From Ylistrum balloti (Eukaryota): a DNA stretch of 64,000 bases. Each line of letters starts with the position of its first letter. Position 1 is the stretch's first letter. The notes below the pieces were generated by a model. That model was not told where the DNA came from and ran no database searches. It saw only the letters and a list, made by a program, of their open reading frames with translations. Of the stretch, positions 1-12,319 are shown piece after piece. Location of the stretch: positions 1,116,001 through 1,180,000 of the forward strand of contig NW_026782237.1 in the NCBI RefSeq assembly GCF_031769215.1, written 5' to 3'. The translations under genes and the position numbers were made by a program.

Positions 1-1062
1 AGTACACCAGTATGTGCTATTGATCAAACAGTGTCTCACACTGTGACAAGTCAGACTAGGGAGGCAGGATAGTACACCAGTATGTGCTATTGATCAAACA
101 GTGTCTCACACTGTGATGAGTCAGACTAGGGAGGCAGGATAGTACATCAGTATGTGTTATTGTTTGTACAGTGTCTCACACTGTGACGAGTCAGACTAGG
201 GAGGCAGGATAGTACATCAGTATGTGTTATTGTTCATACAGTGTCTCACAGTGTGATGAGTCAGATCAGGGGGCTGGGATAGTCCATCAGTATGTGTTAT
301 TGTTTGTACAGTGTCTCACACTGTGATGAGTCAGACTAGGGAGGCAGGATAGTACATCAGTATGTGTTATTGTTCATACAGTGTCTCACACTGTGACGAG
401 TCAGACTAGGGAGGCAGGATAGTACACCAGTATGTGCTATTGATCAAACAGTGTCTCACACTGTGATGAGTCAGACTAGGGAGGCAGGATAGTACATCAG
501 TATGTGTTATTGTTTGTACAGTGTCTCACACTGTGACGAGTCAGACTAGGGAGGCAGGATAGTACATCAGTATGTGTTATTGTTCATACAGTGTCTCACA
601 GTGTGATGAGTCAGATCAGGGGGCTGGGATAGTCCATCAGTATGTGTTATTGTTTGTACAGTGTCTCACACTGTGATGAGTCAGACTAGGGAGGCAGGAT
701 AGTACATCAGTATGTGTTATTGTTCATACAGTGTCTCACACTGTGACGAGTCAGACTAGGGAGGCAGGATAGTACATCAGTATGTGTTATTGTTCGTACA
801 GTGTCTCACACCGTGATGAGTCAGATCAGGGGGCTGGGATAGTCCATCAGTATGTGTTATTGTTCGTACAATGTCTCACACTGTGATGAGTCAGATCAGG
901 GAGCCGGGATAGTCCATCAGTATGTGTTATTGTTTGTACAGTGTCTCACACTGTGATGAGTCACACTTGGGAGGCAGGATAGTACATCAGTATGTGTTAT
1001 TGTTCGTACAGTGTCTCACACTGATCGATGAGTCGGACCAGGGGGCCGGGATGGTACACCAG
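1..1062 (-). repeat. 70-bp minisatellite (~15 copies, runs off window start) derived from the LINS1 CDS end and stop codon
   Basis: Period 70 (agtacaccag at 1, 71, 421). The terminal 72-bp copy (991-1062) is the last 21 LINS1 codons + TAA + 6 nt. Block 71-420 is repeated at 421-770. Confidence 0.95.
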
Positions 1063-4000
1063 GAGCCCACCTTCATACAAACTCTCCAACTTCAGCCTGA
1101 GTCGTATAAGTGTTGCCATGGTTTCGTCAAGGCATCTGTTGACCACCAGTGTATTTCCACAGGTTTCCTCGGTTTCCATAGATTCAGATTGTCCTGTTAA
1201 ATCACTTACTGGATTTCCACAACACTCTGATACATCACCTGACCACGTAGGTTCTGTCTCTGTGGTATCCATACTGGTAATGATGTGAGAACTGTCTGCT
1301 GCTAATTTGTCAGTAGTTACTTGACCAGAAAACCCATCATCATCATCATCATCATCATCATCACTGCTGTACTGTCCCAACAGTGAAAGCCCGCTTGAGC
1401 CCAATGTGCATGTGACAGTATCATTTGTTTTACCTTCATTTCGGATGTGTTTGGACAGCAATGTGTCTGTAACAGATTTAGGTTCAGGACAGTCCTCTAT
1501 ACCAGAAACATGTTCTTTTTCACCTTGACTTGTTTTCACTAATAGCTTTGAGTCTATGACAAATTGAGATTTGGGACATTTGCATTTTATTTCAGTTTGA
1601 TAATCTGTACTTTGGTTATCTTGTATAGAACTGGCAATCTTTTCTTCCTCCACATTTTTTCTTTCATCAGAGTTTGTTTTTTGTGATTCCATAGTAGACT
1701 TTGTGACATCTTCCCATGAATTTTTCATGAAGTCACTGCCTCGATTCTGTGTCAAACAATTTTCTGGATCCCACTTCCTGTCTAAGTGTTTACAGGTGTA
1801 ATCAGTGTTACCGAGACAGTCTAATGTTTCCACAAAACTTCCCCATTCATTAATCACACACTTCAGGTAACGTGTAAGATACAGAAGGGCACAAGTCTCA
1901 GGAGAGGTTAAAAGGTCAACCAATACACTGTGGTCAAAGCTGGTCATTTGTAACAGCTGGTAAAACTGTCGGTGTGGATTTATTGTTGTGATCAGCTTCT
2001 CGAGATATGGTCTGAATGTCTCTGATCTGAATATAAAATATTCATATTTAGATTTCATATACATTTGTACATGTCCATGCTTTGGTCATGATTACAAACA
2101 AGATATTAGCTTTATTTTGAAAAATATTTATCAAACATTTCAAAATAAAATAACTTTTTGTGTATTAAAAAATTATCATCTTAGCTTACAATGTAAAGAA
2201 GGACCTAAAGTATGGAAATTGAAAAAGAAAATGTAAGAAAGAAAAACATAAAAGATAATGACTTCAAAATGGTATTACATTAGAACTAAGAACTTCCTTT
2301 ATCCTACCTCTTGTTGGTGATACAGTAGATGTCCAGTACTTCTAAGAAGGCTTCCATCAGTGTGTCGTCCTGGTCACCAAACACAGTGGTCATCCAGTCA
2401 AAAGACTCACCCCTATGGTCACAGCCATGCACTGTTACAGTAGCATGGTCGTTCAGCTGGAGAAGACACTTGGAAAGGTCTGGAAGTGCTAGATTAACTT
2501 CTGAAATATGGTACAGCTGTAGTTCATTCTGATAAATATTTAAATCGACATATGTATTGAAAATGGCAAGAAAAATGCATATGATTAAAAACAAACACAT
2601 GATTATGGTTTCATTTGAAATGAATGTAAAATCTATAATGTATGCACAAATGATAAATAACACTACTTCATGATTATATAGTATTAAGTATGTCATCACA
2701 TTGTCAGGATGTATTGTGTCCTGTGTTGGATGTGATGTTACTGTTTGGATGTGAGGTTTGTTGTGGTGCATATTGTCTCACAGGTTGTCTCAAATTGATT
2801 GTGTTTAGTACGATATCACAGTGTTGAAATGTCATGTCTATTGTATTGAATGTGACATCAGTGTCAGGACGTCAAATCTGCTGTACAAACATATATTTTT
2901 TGGGTCTACTGTGTTGACAGCTACATCATGAAAGTAGAATGTTATGTGATGTTTATTGTGTGGAATGTCACATTCCATCTGAAGATGTTATATTTCTTGC
3001 TTTGAATGTAACATTACAGTCCTAGGATGTCATGTCTGATGTTTACAGTTGTTAATGTGACATCACAGTATTATGACATTATGTGTGTTTTGAATGAAAA
3101 ATTGTTATTTATGAATCTTTTGAAAGGGGAGAGGGGGGCAATTTTGTCATGTTTTACCTGTATCTTGAGAAAACCGGATAATGGTAGCAGCCACAGACAA
3201 AAGTAAAGCAGCAAGCTGTCGCAGAGAAGACAAATTTCCAAATTCTGGTTTCATTTGTGATTTGCAGGAGACAAAAACCAGTGTCCCGCCAAACCCAGAA
3301 GCAGTTTCATCATACAGGTTGCATATTCCTCTGCCTAGGGCCCATTGTATTATTGCTGTTCCTAGTTTCACATAGATAGGCTCAAGAGAGGTCTTCAAAC
3401 ACAAACTCTGGCCATAGGAGTAAAACGTTTTAAACAAGTGAATCACATGTCTGGAATACAGGTGCTTCTCAGTAACACTGATCCTATGTACAGTTTGTTG
3501 AAGGTTTTCAAAGTCCATAACCCAATGCAAATCTAACTGCAGGTCTTGACATTTCTTAGCTGACTTTCTCCACAAAATAATAAACGTTGTCAATAAAATC
3601 AAATTGTCATTTTGGAATGGTAATCTTAATAAGATTTCTGTTAGCCAAGGAAATGTCTGTTTCACAACATCTAGAATAGTGATTGCTAACTCTCCTTGAA
3701 GGAGGTCAGATGTTACCTCCAGTATTGTGTTTTTGTTTAATGTGCCAATTTCCTTTTTTCCAAGGCAATCCAATACTCCATGAAAGCATTTTTTCACTTC
3801 TACCTATTTCAACAAGACATAAATTTCAATAGACTGGTACAATAACAGATTGACAAATCATCTGTAGTAATGCCAATCATTTAAATGTAACATGGAATTT
3901 GAAATGTTATCATCTTTTTTGTTATCATCTTTAAGTGGTAAAAACATATGTTTACATAAGATAACTTGCTTTATAACAAAAATCTGTCTTAAGTTAAACG

Positions 4001-5560
4001 TTTTCTGTTTACCTATCTTCTTGACTTTTTAAATTGAAGTGAAACTTGTCAATATGAGTTCAGCAAATAATTGCCTGGTGTTACATTTCTAAAACATATG
4101 TAAAACCTTAAATCCATGAGAGAAAGAACCTGTGTCTTACTGCATTGGTAGATATGATCTTATACCTTATGACTTGGATGTTCCAACAGGGCTACAAGTG
4201 CTTGGCGAGCAGCATACAGTACAAAAGGGTCAGCATCTGTCTGTACCAAATCTATCTGAAAGAAGAGAGAAGTTCAATTAACAGAAAAACATCATTTTTG
4301 CCTGAGAATGACTTTGTATATATATATATTAGGTAAAAGTTATGTTAATACACTTCAGGTATCATCAACATGGTCAACACATAAAACACACAGTCTATGA
4401 TTGTACAAATGCTTTATTTTGTTTTTGTCCTGTCCTTACCGTTACCAGAATAATGATAATAATAATTACAATAACAATAATAGAAAAAGCCATGTCCATG
4501 TACCAGTCTCTAGACTAAGTTTGTCAGCTGAATTGTCATTTATGGTGTTGCTATATCATTATTTACTTAACTTGGCTGTCCTTCAATTCCGTACATTAAA
4601 AACTAAAAATTAGCACTGAAAGGTGACAAAAATTCACCAGTAAATAAGAAAAGTTTCATATATTAGCAGAAATAATGGATGCAGGCTTGTAGCCTCGATG
4701 TCCATATCGATATCAATACATAGCATAATGTAGATAATTCCTCAGTACAATGGCTTAACATAAGTTACTGTAAAGGGTTATTTTTCCAGTGTTCATATAG
4801 CCTTATTTCGAACTGTATAACAGATTCAGCATTGACAACATTTTGGGGTAATCTATTCCATAAATCTACAACTCGATAGCTGAAGAAATGCTTTCTTCCA
4901 TAATGACGACATTACTTCTAAAATATTTCTTGATCGGGACATCTGGTCCTATTCATATTGTCCATTTGGAAAAGGTTTCTTGATACCCTACTATCAAAAT
5001 TATAAGTTAATATTTTGAAAACGTTTCTTCTCCTGCGGTGTTGTAGTGTCGGCAGATTTAACTTTTGCAACCGTTCCGGATAAGACAGATTTTCAGTCCA
5101 GGGACTTGTTTTGTAGGCCTTCTTTGCACATTTTCAATGCGTTCTATATCTTTTACTTTATATGGGTTCCAGACACTCACGGCATACTCCAGGTGGGGTC
5201 TAACAATTGCTTTAATTAGCATTTTAAACATGGATTCGTCCAAAAATACTAAAGATCTTATTAAGCCTACTATACTGTTTACTTTATTTATTTCATTTGT
5301 AGATAATTTAATATTCATCTTAGACATCTTATAATGAAATATTGGATAGTTACCACAATATGTAGCAGTCTTGAAAAACTTTCATCAAAGTTCTTCAAAG
5401 AATGCTCTTCCCTGCTCCTGAACCATTTATTACAAGTTGTCAGATATCCGAGTTTGAAACTTGTCTGAATTTCTCTAGTATTTTCGGCATGCTGAACACA
5501 AGCATCTGATAAACAGTTACATAAATATGTAATATTAGTTCCTGTCAAATGTTTCAACAT
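997..5560 (-). CDS. LINS1: Protein Lines homolog (Lines_N + Lines_C), ~721 aa, 5 coding exons
   Basis: Exons 5354-5560, 4166-4255, 3158-3803, 2308-2500, 997-2026; all GT-AG and phase-consistent, total 2166 nt. Motifs FGDQDDTLMEAFLEVLDIY, NPHRQF..SFDHSVLVDLLTSPETCALLYLTRYLK and C-terminal LIRLRLKLESL..PGPLVRLIDQCE match the Lines family. Poly-Asp (cat)n tract near 1335-1362. The first exon is less certain than the rest. Confidence 0.88.
2690..3090. repeat. Degenerate short tandem repeat (atgtgacatcac-like) in a LINS1 intron
   Basis: Recurrent atgtcat/atgtgacatc/atgtgatgt motifs; period not fixed. Confidence 0.45.
4840..5335 (-). mobile_element. CR1/L2-type LINE reverse transcriptase C-terminal fragment, decayed
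   Basis: ORF 5058-5327 contains LIKAIVRPHLEYAVSVWNPYKVKDIERIENVQRRPTKQVPGL, typical of CR1-group RT C-termini. Confidence 0.88.
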
Positions 5561-5611
5561 AATAGTAACGTGTGTTTGTTTGCGAAAAAGATTTCACGCA
5601 CATGTTTCCTT

Positions 5612-5660
5612 TAACACTTCCGTCAACAACACAACCGGAAGTTTCTCTAATGGTTGAGGT
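5612..5660. promoter_or_regulatory. Candidate LINS1/TRMT1a bidirectional promoter with two opposed ETS motifs
   Basis: cacttccg (5615-5622) and accggaagt (5634-5642) lie 55-80 bp upstream of the LINS1 ATG. A plus-strand donor-like GAG|gtacaa follows at 5659. Confidence 0.4.
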
Positions 5661-5974
5661 ACAAAAATCAGATTGATAATTTTGATTTGTCAAGCATCAT
5701 ATCCACGTGCGTTCTGCTACGTTGTACATATAGGTGAATATCTATTTTATTCATAATGATAGTTTTACCCCAGTCAGTGGTCATATACACATGTTCAAAT
5801 TGTATGTAGAGTGGCTTGTACAAGACGAGATCGGCGGTAGTTATTCTTGTAAATGTCATTCAGCTGTCATTAAGCAGTGCGAGATAGAAAATGGTGAAAT
5901 CAGAGATGTAAATTGTGCAATATTATCAGGCAAGATGAATTACCTAAATCTACCATAATTTACCAAATCTACCG

Positions 5975-6608
5975 ACATAAGTAAGTAAGTAAGTAAACAG
6001 ATCTTGCACGCATATACCAATATATTTTCGTTTGGGGCCAGCCAGGGACATTAACGTTTTACCTGATGTTACCTTATGATGTTTCCGCATGCAGGACCTA
6101 CTGGTCCTCTATGGGCAGCTCAGAATTGTTCGTAAACACCATTTAATGAATTGCCGTCCTTCCGGTATCTGGTCCATAGCTTGCTGTGAAGTCAAACCAC
6201 AGAGGGTGGCTTTCCCAGAGCTTGTCAATTCTGTTCTTGGAAAGGTTTGTTGTTCTGGCAGAGACTATTTGTTCAGGAAGACTGTTCCATGAATCTACAA
6301 TTCTGTGTGCAAAGTTGTATTTCCTCTGGTACAATGTTGTTGCACTAATTTTAACGAGTTTCCTCTTGTGCTGCTGGACATGTTTAATTTCAACAAATCA
6401 GAAGTAACTTTCTGATCATAAATTCCTTTCAAAATTTTAAAGACTTCGATCATGTCTCCGCGCATTCGTCTGAATCTGAGGGTTGGTAACTTCAGTCGTT
6501 TTAGATGTTGTTCATAGTTCATGTCTTTCATATTTGGTAGCATCCGTGTAGCTCATCTTTGGACATTTTCTACTGCCTCCATATCCTTTTTCTTATAAGG
6601 TGACCAGA
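5975..6608 (-). mobile_element. 5'-truncated CR1/L2-type LINE 3' end with (TTAC)n tail
   Basis: Frameshifted ORFs 6295-6543 (RLKLPTLRFRRMRGDMIEVFKIL) and 6143-6334 (FAHRIVDSWNSLPEQIV). Plus-strand agtaagtaagtaagta near 5978-5995 is the tail. Confidence 0.88.
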
Positions 6609-8569
6609 CAGAGCTTGCAGAGGTTTTAATTTGCAGTTGCGTTTGTCTCCCTTCCATCTGTCCAAGTTTTTGGTAATTAAAATGTACCTGATCACTACAA
6701 ACTTCAAGATTTGACAATTTTATTAATGACACACTGCTCTATAGACAAAAACATTGCTTATTTCGAGATGGTGCGGACATAATTTTGGTGTTTTGGTGGA
6801 TCTTCATAATGGTGTTTCTTCTGGTTGTTTCCCGTGTTTGAAGATGAACCAAATCTGGCAAGTAGTCTGCTGGAAAGTTCATCACTCAAAGGAAACAGTT
6901 ATATCTGTATTTTCTCTTAAGTATGCAATTTATTCTTTCGTTGCCAGTTAGTTATCTTCCTTAGTTAGGTAAGAACAGTTGGAAACATTCCCTTCAGTTA
7001 AGATCACTTTCACCGAAACTTACTGAATGCTAGCAGACTTTTTGAAGGTATCAACTAAGTAGACGATTCTGGTATCTCCAGGTACTGAATTGATGGTGAT
7101 GTCTTGATCTCCTACGTGTGAAATAGCTAGATTTGCTTTGGTGCAGATAGGTCATTTCAAGAGAGAGAGTTATCAATTCTATTTGTGTGAAGCCCTCCTT
7201 TTCCACAAAATCTACAAATATAAAATTGTTCCTTTACATAATCAAAATCCTTTGTAATATTTATGTGAATGGAAAGATAAAATTATATTTATGTATTGTT
7301 ATAGTAAAATGATATGTGAATGTTTTCTACCGAAAGCTTATGTTTGTTAGCTATAGCACAACACTGGTTAGGTGATAACGTGGTAACCTAGGATTGGAAA
7401 GGATACAACCACAAACAATAATTATTGAATTAAAAAACGATAACTGATACGACATACCTGCAGTGTTAATCAAGGAGGTGACAATATGTGATAGATTTGG
7501 TTAACATTTAGGTAGTCTTCTGTAAGATTTGGGTAGATTGTCACTCCCATATTATCTGTTCATAAATTCTACTATACTTAATGATATGTTGGGAAAATTG
7601 GCTGAGCATTTATGACTGTTACCAGGATAAAGACAAAGAATAAGGCCTATTATATAATAGTTCTCACTTATTAATTGACTATTATTTCCTGATGGCTACA
7701 ACATTACATGTATATTTTACAATTTTGGAAGATCTATTGGAACAGAAAAGCCCTCTCCACTCAGTGTTCATGGGAATCATCAGGAGGAAAGCCACAAATT
7801 TGTGTATAATATGCAAACTAGCCTATTATATATACGTCCATTGGGATATGGTTTTGTTACTAAAAATAGTCAATATCACTTAAAATTTTGCTTTTTCAAT
7901 GATTGCCCATGTAACATTTATAAAGTCATGAAACGTCATACAAGTGCTAGAATAAAAGCTGGAAAGTACCAGAAATAGATGCAATACTCGCATCCTATAT
8001 TGCCTTTGTAACGATGGTATAGCTACAATCACAGCGACCGTTACATCTAGTTTCTAAGTAGCCAGCACTTTCAGTAAGCATCTCTTTGTAAAAAAATTAC
8101 CTATCTTGTCATAAGTTAATATGAGTGTGAATTATATATTACAAAAGTTACTGTTAAATGATTTTGGTGATTTATAGTAACACATCCATACCTCAGTTGG
8201 CATACAGTGTAATGGGCCAGGTTGCTTAGTATATGCAAATTTGTGATTTTCCCTGACCTGTTTATCTTAGAATAATTATTCCCAATGGAATATTCACATA
8301 CCGGTATATATGTACACTGACCAAAATATTATGAGCTATATGTTGTTCCTAGAAAACAAAATATAATGTTTACGATGTAGTTTGTTAATTGTAGAGTTTT
8401 TAATGAGAATGAGCTACCAAAGAATCCCAGTGAATGAATGTATTTTAAGAATGTTCTTGTCTGTATTATCTTTCAGATTGATGTGAAACTGGATGTGCTG
8501 AAGTAAGGCTTGTTTTGCTTAAACGGGAGGAAGCTTGTTTCTCCAAATTCAAGCAAGTTAAATACCAAA

Positions 8570-11500
8570 ATGAGTACCAAGCTGGAAGATGAAGAAACCC
8601 AGTATAATGTAGTGAGGGAAGGGAAGGCTGACATACTCCAGCCTAAATCTGTGTTCTACAATCCTGTACAGGAGTTCAACAGAGATCTCACTGTAGCCGT
8701 TATATCAAACTTTGCTCAATTACTTCGAGAAGAAATAAAAAATGATACTTCAAAAAACAAAAGGCATTTAAAACCCAAAAATGATAAGAAATGGCCAGAT
8801 ACGAGTGGGGAAGTTGTACAAAAAACTGATGTGAAGGAATCAGAAGAGCAGACCTGTGATGGTGATGTAGAAGCTGGCAAGAAGTATGCTGATGGTATAT
8901 CAATCTTGGAAGGCCTAGCAGCATCTGGGCTGCGGTCCATCAGGTTTGGGTTGGAAATTCCAGGTGTTCAAAGGATTGTCACCAATGATTTTGATAAAAC
9001 TGCTGTAGAAGTTATACAAAAAAATATAGAGAGAAATAAACTTGAACACCTTGTCACTTCTAGCTTAGGAGATGCTTCTATGGTAATGTACATGAGTAAA
9101 GGAACAGATGCTGCATTTGATGTGATTGACCTTGACCCTTATGGAGGTGCATCCCAGTTTCTTGATGCTGCAGTGCAGTCTGTTGGTGAAGGAGGTTTAC
9201 TGTGTGTCACATGTACAGACATGGCACTTCTTTGTGGAAACACACCAGAAAGTTGTCGGGCAAGATATGGAACTATGTCATACAGATCGGCTTACTGTAA
9301 GGAAATGGCACTCCGCATCCTTCTGCAGTCTTTGGAGACGACTGCTAATAGATATTCAAGGTATATTGTGCCAATGATATCTATCAGTGCTGACTTCTAC
9401 ATTCGAGTTTTTGTGAGAGTTTTCACAAGTGCAGCAAAAGTTAAACTCTCATCACTTAAGTTGGCTAACATTTATCACTGCTCAGGTTGTGGGGCTTTTA
9501 CCATTCAGAAGCTGGCTAGAAAAATACCAACAAAAGGTGACAATTTCAAAATGGCTGCAGCACATGGGCCTCCTGTCACAGAGATATGTGAACATTGTGA
9601 ACACAAACACTATGTTGTAGGTCCAGTATGGGCGGACAGACTTCATGACACAGATTTTGTGAAAAAGGTCATCAGTTATGTACAAAAGAAGTCATCTGAC
9701 TTTCAGACCCACAAGAGAATAGTCGGCATGCTTAGTCTGGTCAGTGAGGAGCTCAAAGATTGTCCCATGTACTATGTCATTGATGATGTGTGTCAACAGG
9801 TTCACCTTTCCTCCTTCAACCAGGAAATATTCATGTAAGGATGATATGATCTTCTGTTTATATTCTTATACAAGGGAGGTTATTTCACACTAATAATTTT
9901 CAGTTTCACAACTGCATAGAATGGGATGTGGTTGCAATTTAAATAGAGAATTTTTCTGTCATGTTTACCTAAACCATAAAAAATGGATTTATCCTAATCA
10001 CCTTGAAGATACAGGGTTGACTGTTGTATGAAAGCTGTAAAAAAAGTTCTTTAATCACATGAAAAAAATCTTAAATGTTCACAAATTTTTCATTGGTAGT
10101 AAGCAATTTTCAAAGTACAGACAGAAACATCGTCAGAGTTCATTTCTGATATCTTGTTAACTTGGTAGGCCATGCCACAACGACAGTTTTTTTTTCTGAG
10201 CAGCAATTTGATTCAACATTTTTTAAAAGAGATATTTCATGTTGTTTTTTCAGAACTTGTATAGAATCTCCTCCATCGGTTTTTAATCAATTTGTTTAAA
10301 CTTGGTAGGGTTTATGCATTATAATTAAAGTTTTATGAATAGCATTTTCAATGATAATTGGAAGAGTGATTGCCCTTTGCATTTTCAGCATTTTAATCTT
10401 TAATCATGTCCATTTTCTCTGTTTTCAACCTGTGTCTTTAAAACTTGTTATAATTAATCACAAAGAAATGCAGCATTGTTGTTCTTCCCATTGTTATATT
10501 CATTTTAATGCAATGTATTTCTCTGTGACATGGAGCAGGTGTATATTGTTCCGACCCGTGGTATTTCTGTCTAAATCATACTATAAATTTGATAATATTT
10601 TAATTTCTAGGTCTGCTTTGTTGAATGCTGGTTTTGAAGTTTCTATGTCTCATGCTGAACAGAATTCCATCAAGACAAATGCATCAAACAGGGATATTTG
10701 GGTAAGATAACATACGTGCAGTTCGGTCATGCAATGAAAAAATAGAACGTCAGAACATTTTGAACTAGGAGTGGTTGTACATAAACTTGAACTCTGAAGT
10801 TGGAATTGTTCTTCTTTCAAAGTTGTGAGATAGTGGCCAGCTTATTGTCACCATCTAACAAATTTGAGGCGTGTCTGAAAGTGTGTATACTATCAAAAAG
10901 GAACAACTACATAATGATTTTAAAAGTTTCATCAAGTAGAAGCTTCATATGATGGGTACAACATATAAATAAATCTTTATTTTCATATCAAATTATGGAA
11001 TAGGTAATGTGTACATTCATTCCATTTTTTAATGTGTTATAAACTCATTAAAACTCGTTAAAATACCTAATCTGCAATATGACATGTTAAGTGTTATCAA
11101 AAATTCTGTATAATGCTGCTGTATGTTTGTCAGAGGTAATGTAGTCAGGGCTCTTGATCTGCCAGATTTGGGGCCGATATTTGGCCCAATTCCCAATGCA
11201 AAATAGTATCTTTTTTTCCCAATTTAGACCCCAAGTGTTGAAAGACACAAGTGTTTACGAGTTTACAAAAGTTAGACCCTGATGACAGGGTCCTATCTGT
11301 TCACCATCATCATCTTTATCACTGTCTTTTTAACTTTATAGGATATTGTCAGGTCATGGGAGAAAACACATCCTGTAACTGAAAAGCGACGTGTACCAGG
11401 ATCAGTAACAGCCAATATCCTGTCCAAGGAGCCAATCCTGAAAGTGTCATTTGATCTCCACCCTGGAGCAAAGCAAGAGTCCAAGAAACGAGGACTGTCA

Positions 11501-12246
11501 CGATATCCACAGAATCCAGAGAAATTCTGGGGACCTAAACCAAGGGCTAAAAAGTCAGAGGTTGACTCTACAGAATCCATGGTAGACAAAAGGATAAAAC
11601 TGCAGGGAAAAAGGAAGAAAAATCAGGAAGTCAGTAATAGTCACTCAAGTATGATCTTATTAATTCTAAATATGCTTGTAGTAAGCATGAGAACTCGTAT
11701 CTCAGCTTTTATCCAAAACTTTGTTTTGTTGTGAGACTTAGTGTTGAATTATAAATGCAGCACAGGTGCTATAGATTGAAGGATTTTTGTTTGTTACAAC
11801 ATTTTGTCTGTAACTCGACAGCAAGTTCACATTTTCACAATGTTTGTAATTCTCATTGATATAAATGTTTCGTAATTGAATGTTCAATATTATCTTAAAT
11901 TCCCTGCATAGAAAAACCATGTAAGTTTTCAATTCTTTTCACAATTCTAATAAAGATCATTGCAACAGTGATGTTATAACTAAAATTGATAAGTAATGAG
12001 TTTATCACTGAAATGATTACTTAATTTACTGCTGAAGTCATCAAAGTCAGTTTACGGCTGACTTCCTTTATCAGTTTACCACCAAAGTCATTAAAATTCA
12101 TTAAAATTAGTTGAATGCTGACTTCCTTAATTAGTTTACTGCTTAAAACATTAATCAGTTTTACCACTGAAGTAATACCTTTTTTGCAGACTGATGAGAC
12201 TGCTGCTGGAAATGCCAAGAGGAAACTAGATTCATTGCCTTCCTAG
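8570..12246 (+). CDS. TRMT1: tRNA (guanine26-N2)-dimethyltransferase, paralogue A (~566 aa), predicted nuclear form
   Basis: Exons 8570-9834, 10611-10701, 11342-11629, 12190-12246 (1701 nt, phase-consistent). Motifs VFYNPVQEFNRDLT, ILEGLAASGLRSIRF, FDVIDLDPYG, GGLLCVTCTD, GPKPRA. Basic tail KRIKLQGKRKKNQE..AKRKL. The last junction (gaa|gtcagt to ttgcag|act) is moderately supported. Confidence 0.93.
11995..12180 (+). repeat. Degenerate tandem repeat directly upstream of the last TRMT1a acceptor
   Basis: Repeated gctgacttcctt..agtttac..aagtcat motifs ending at the ttttgcag acceptor (12189). Confidence 0.5.
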
Positions 12247-12319
12247 AGAGACCACACCAGTGAATGGTGTGGCATTGCTGGGGATTATACAACAACTCTT
12301 TCAGAACTTGCACAGTGCG

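Noticed and set aside
6690-7140. Exon-like minus-strand stretches (..EVCSDQ|gtacat; ..SASI|gtaagt) as LINS1 5' exons
   Set aside because: In-frame stops and incompatible phases. The exon at 5354-5560 supplies an ATG and a phase-0 donor without them.
8510-8569. TTG start of the ORF track for TRMT1a
   Set aside because: Non-AUG start immediately after an in-frame TAA. ATG 8570 is preferred and the upstream codons are better read as a presequence relic.
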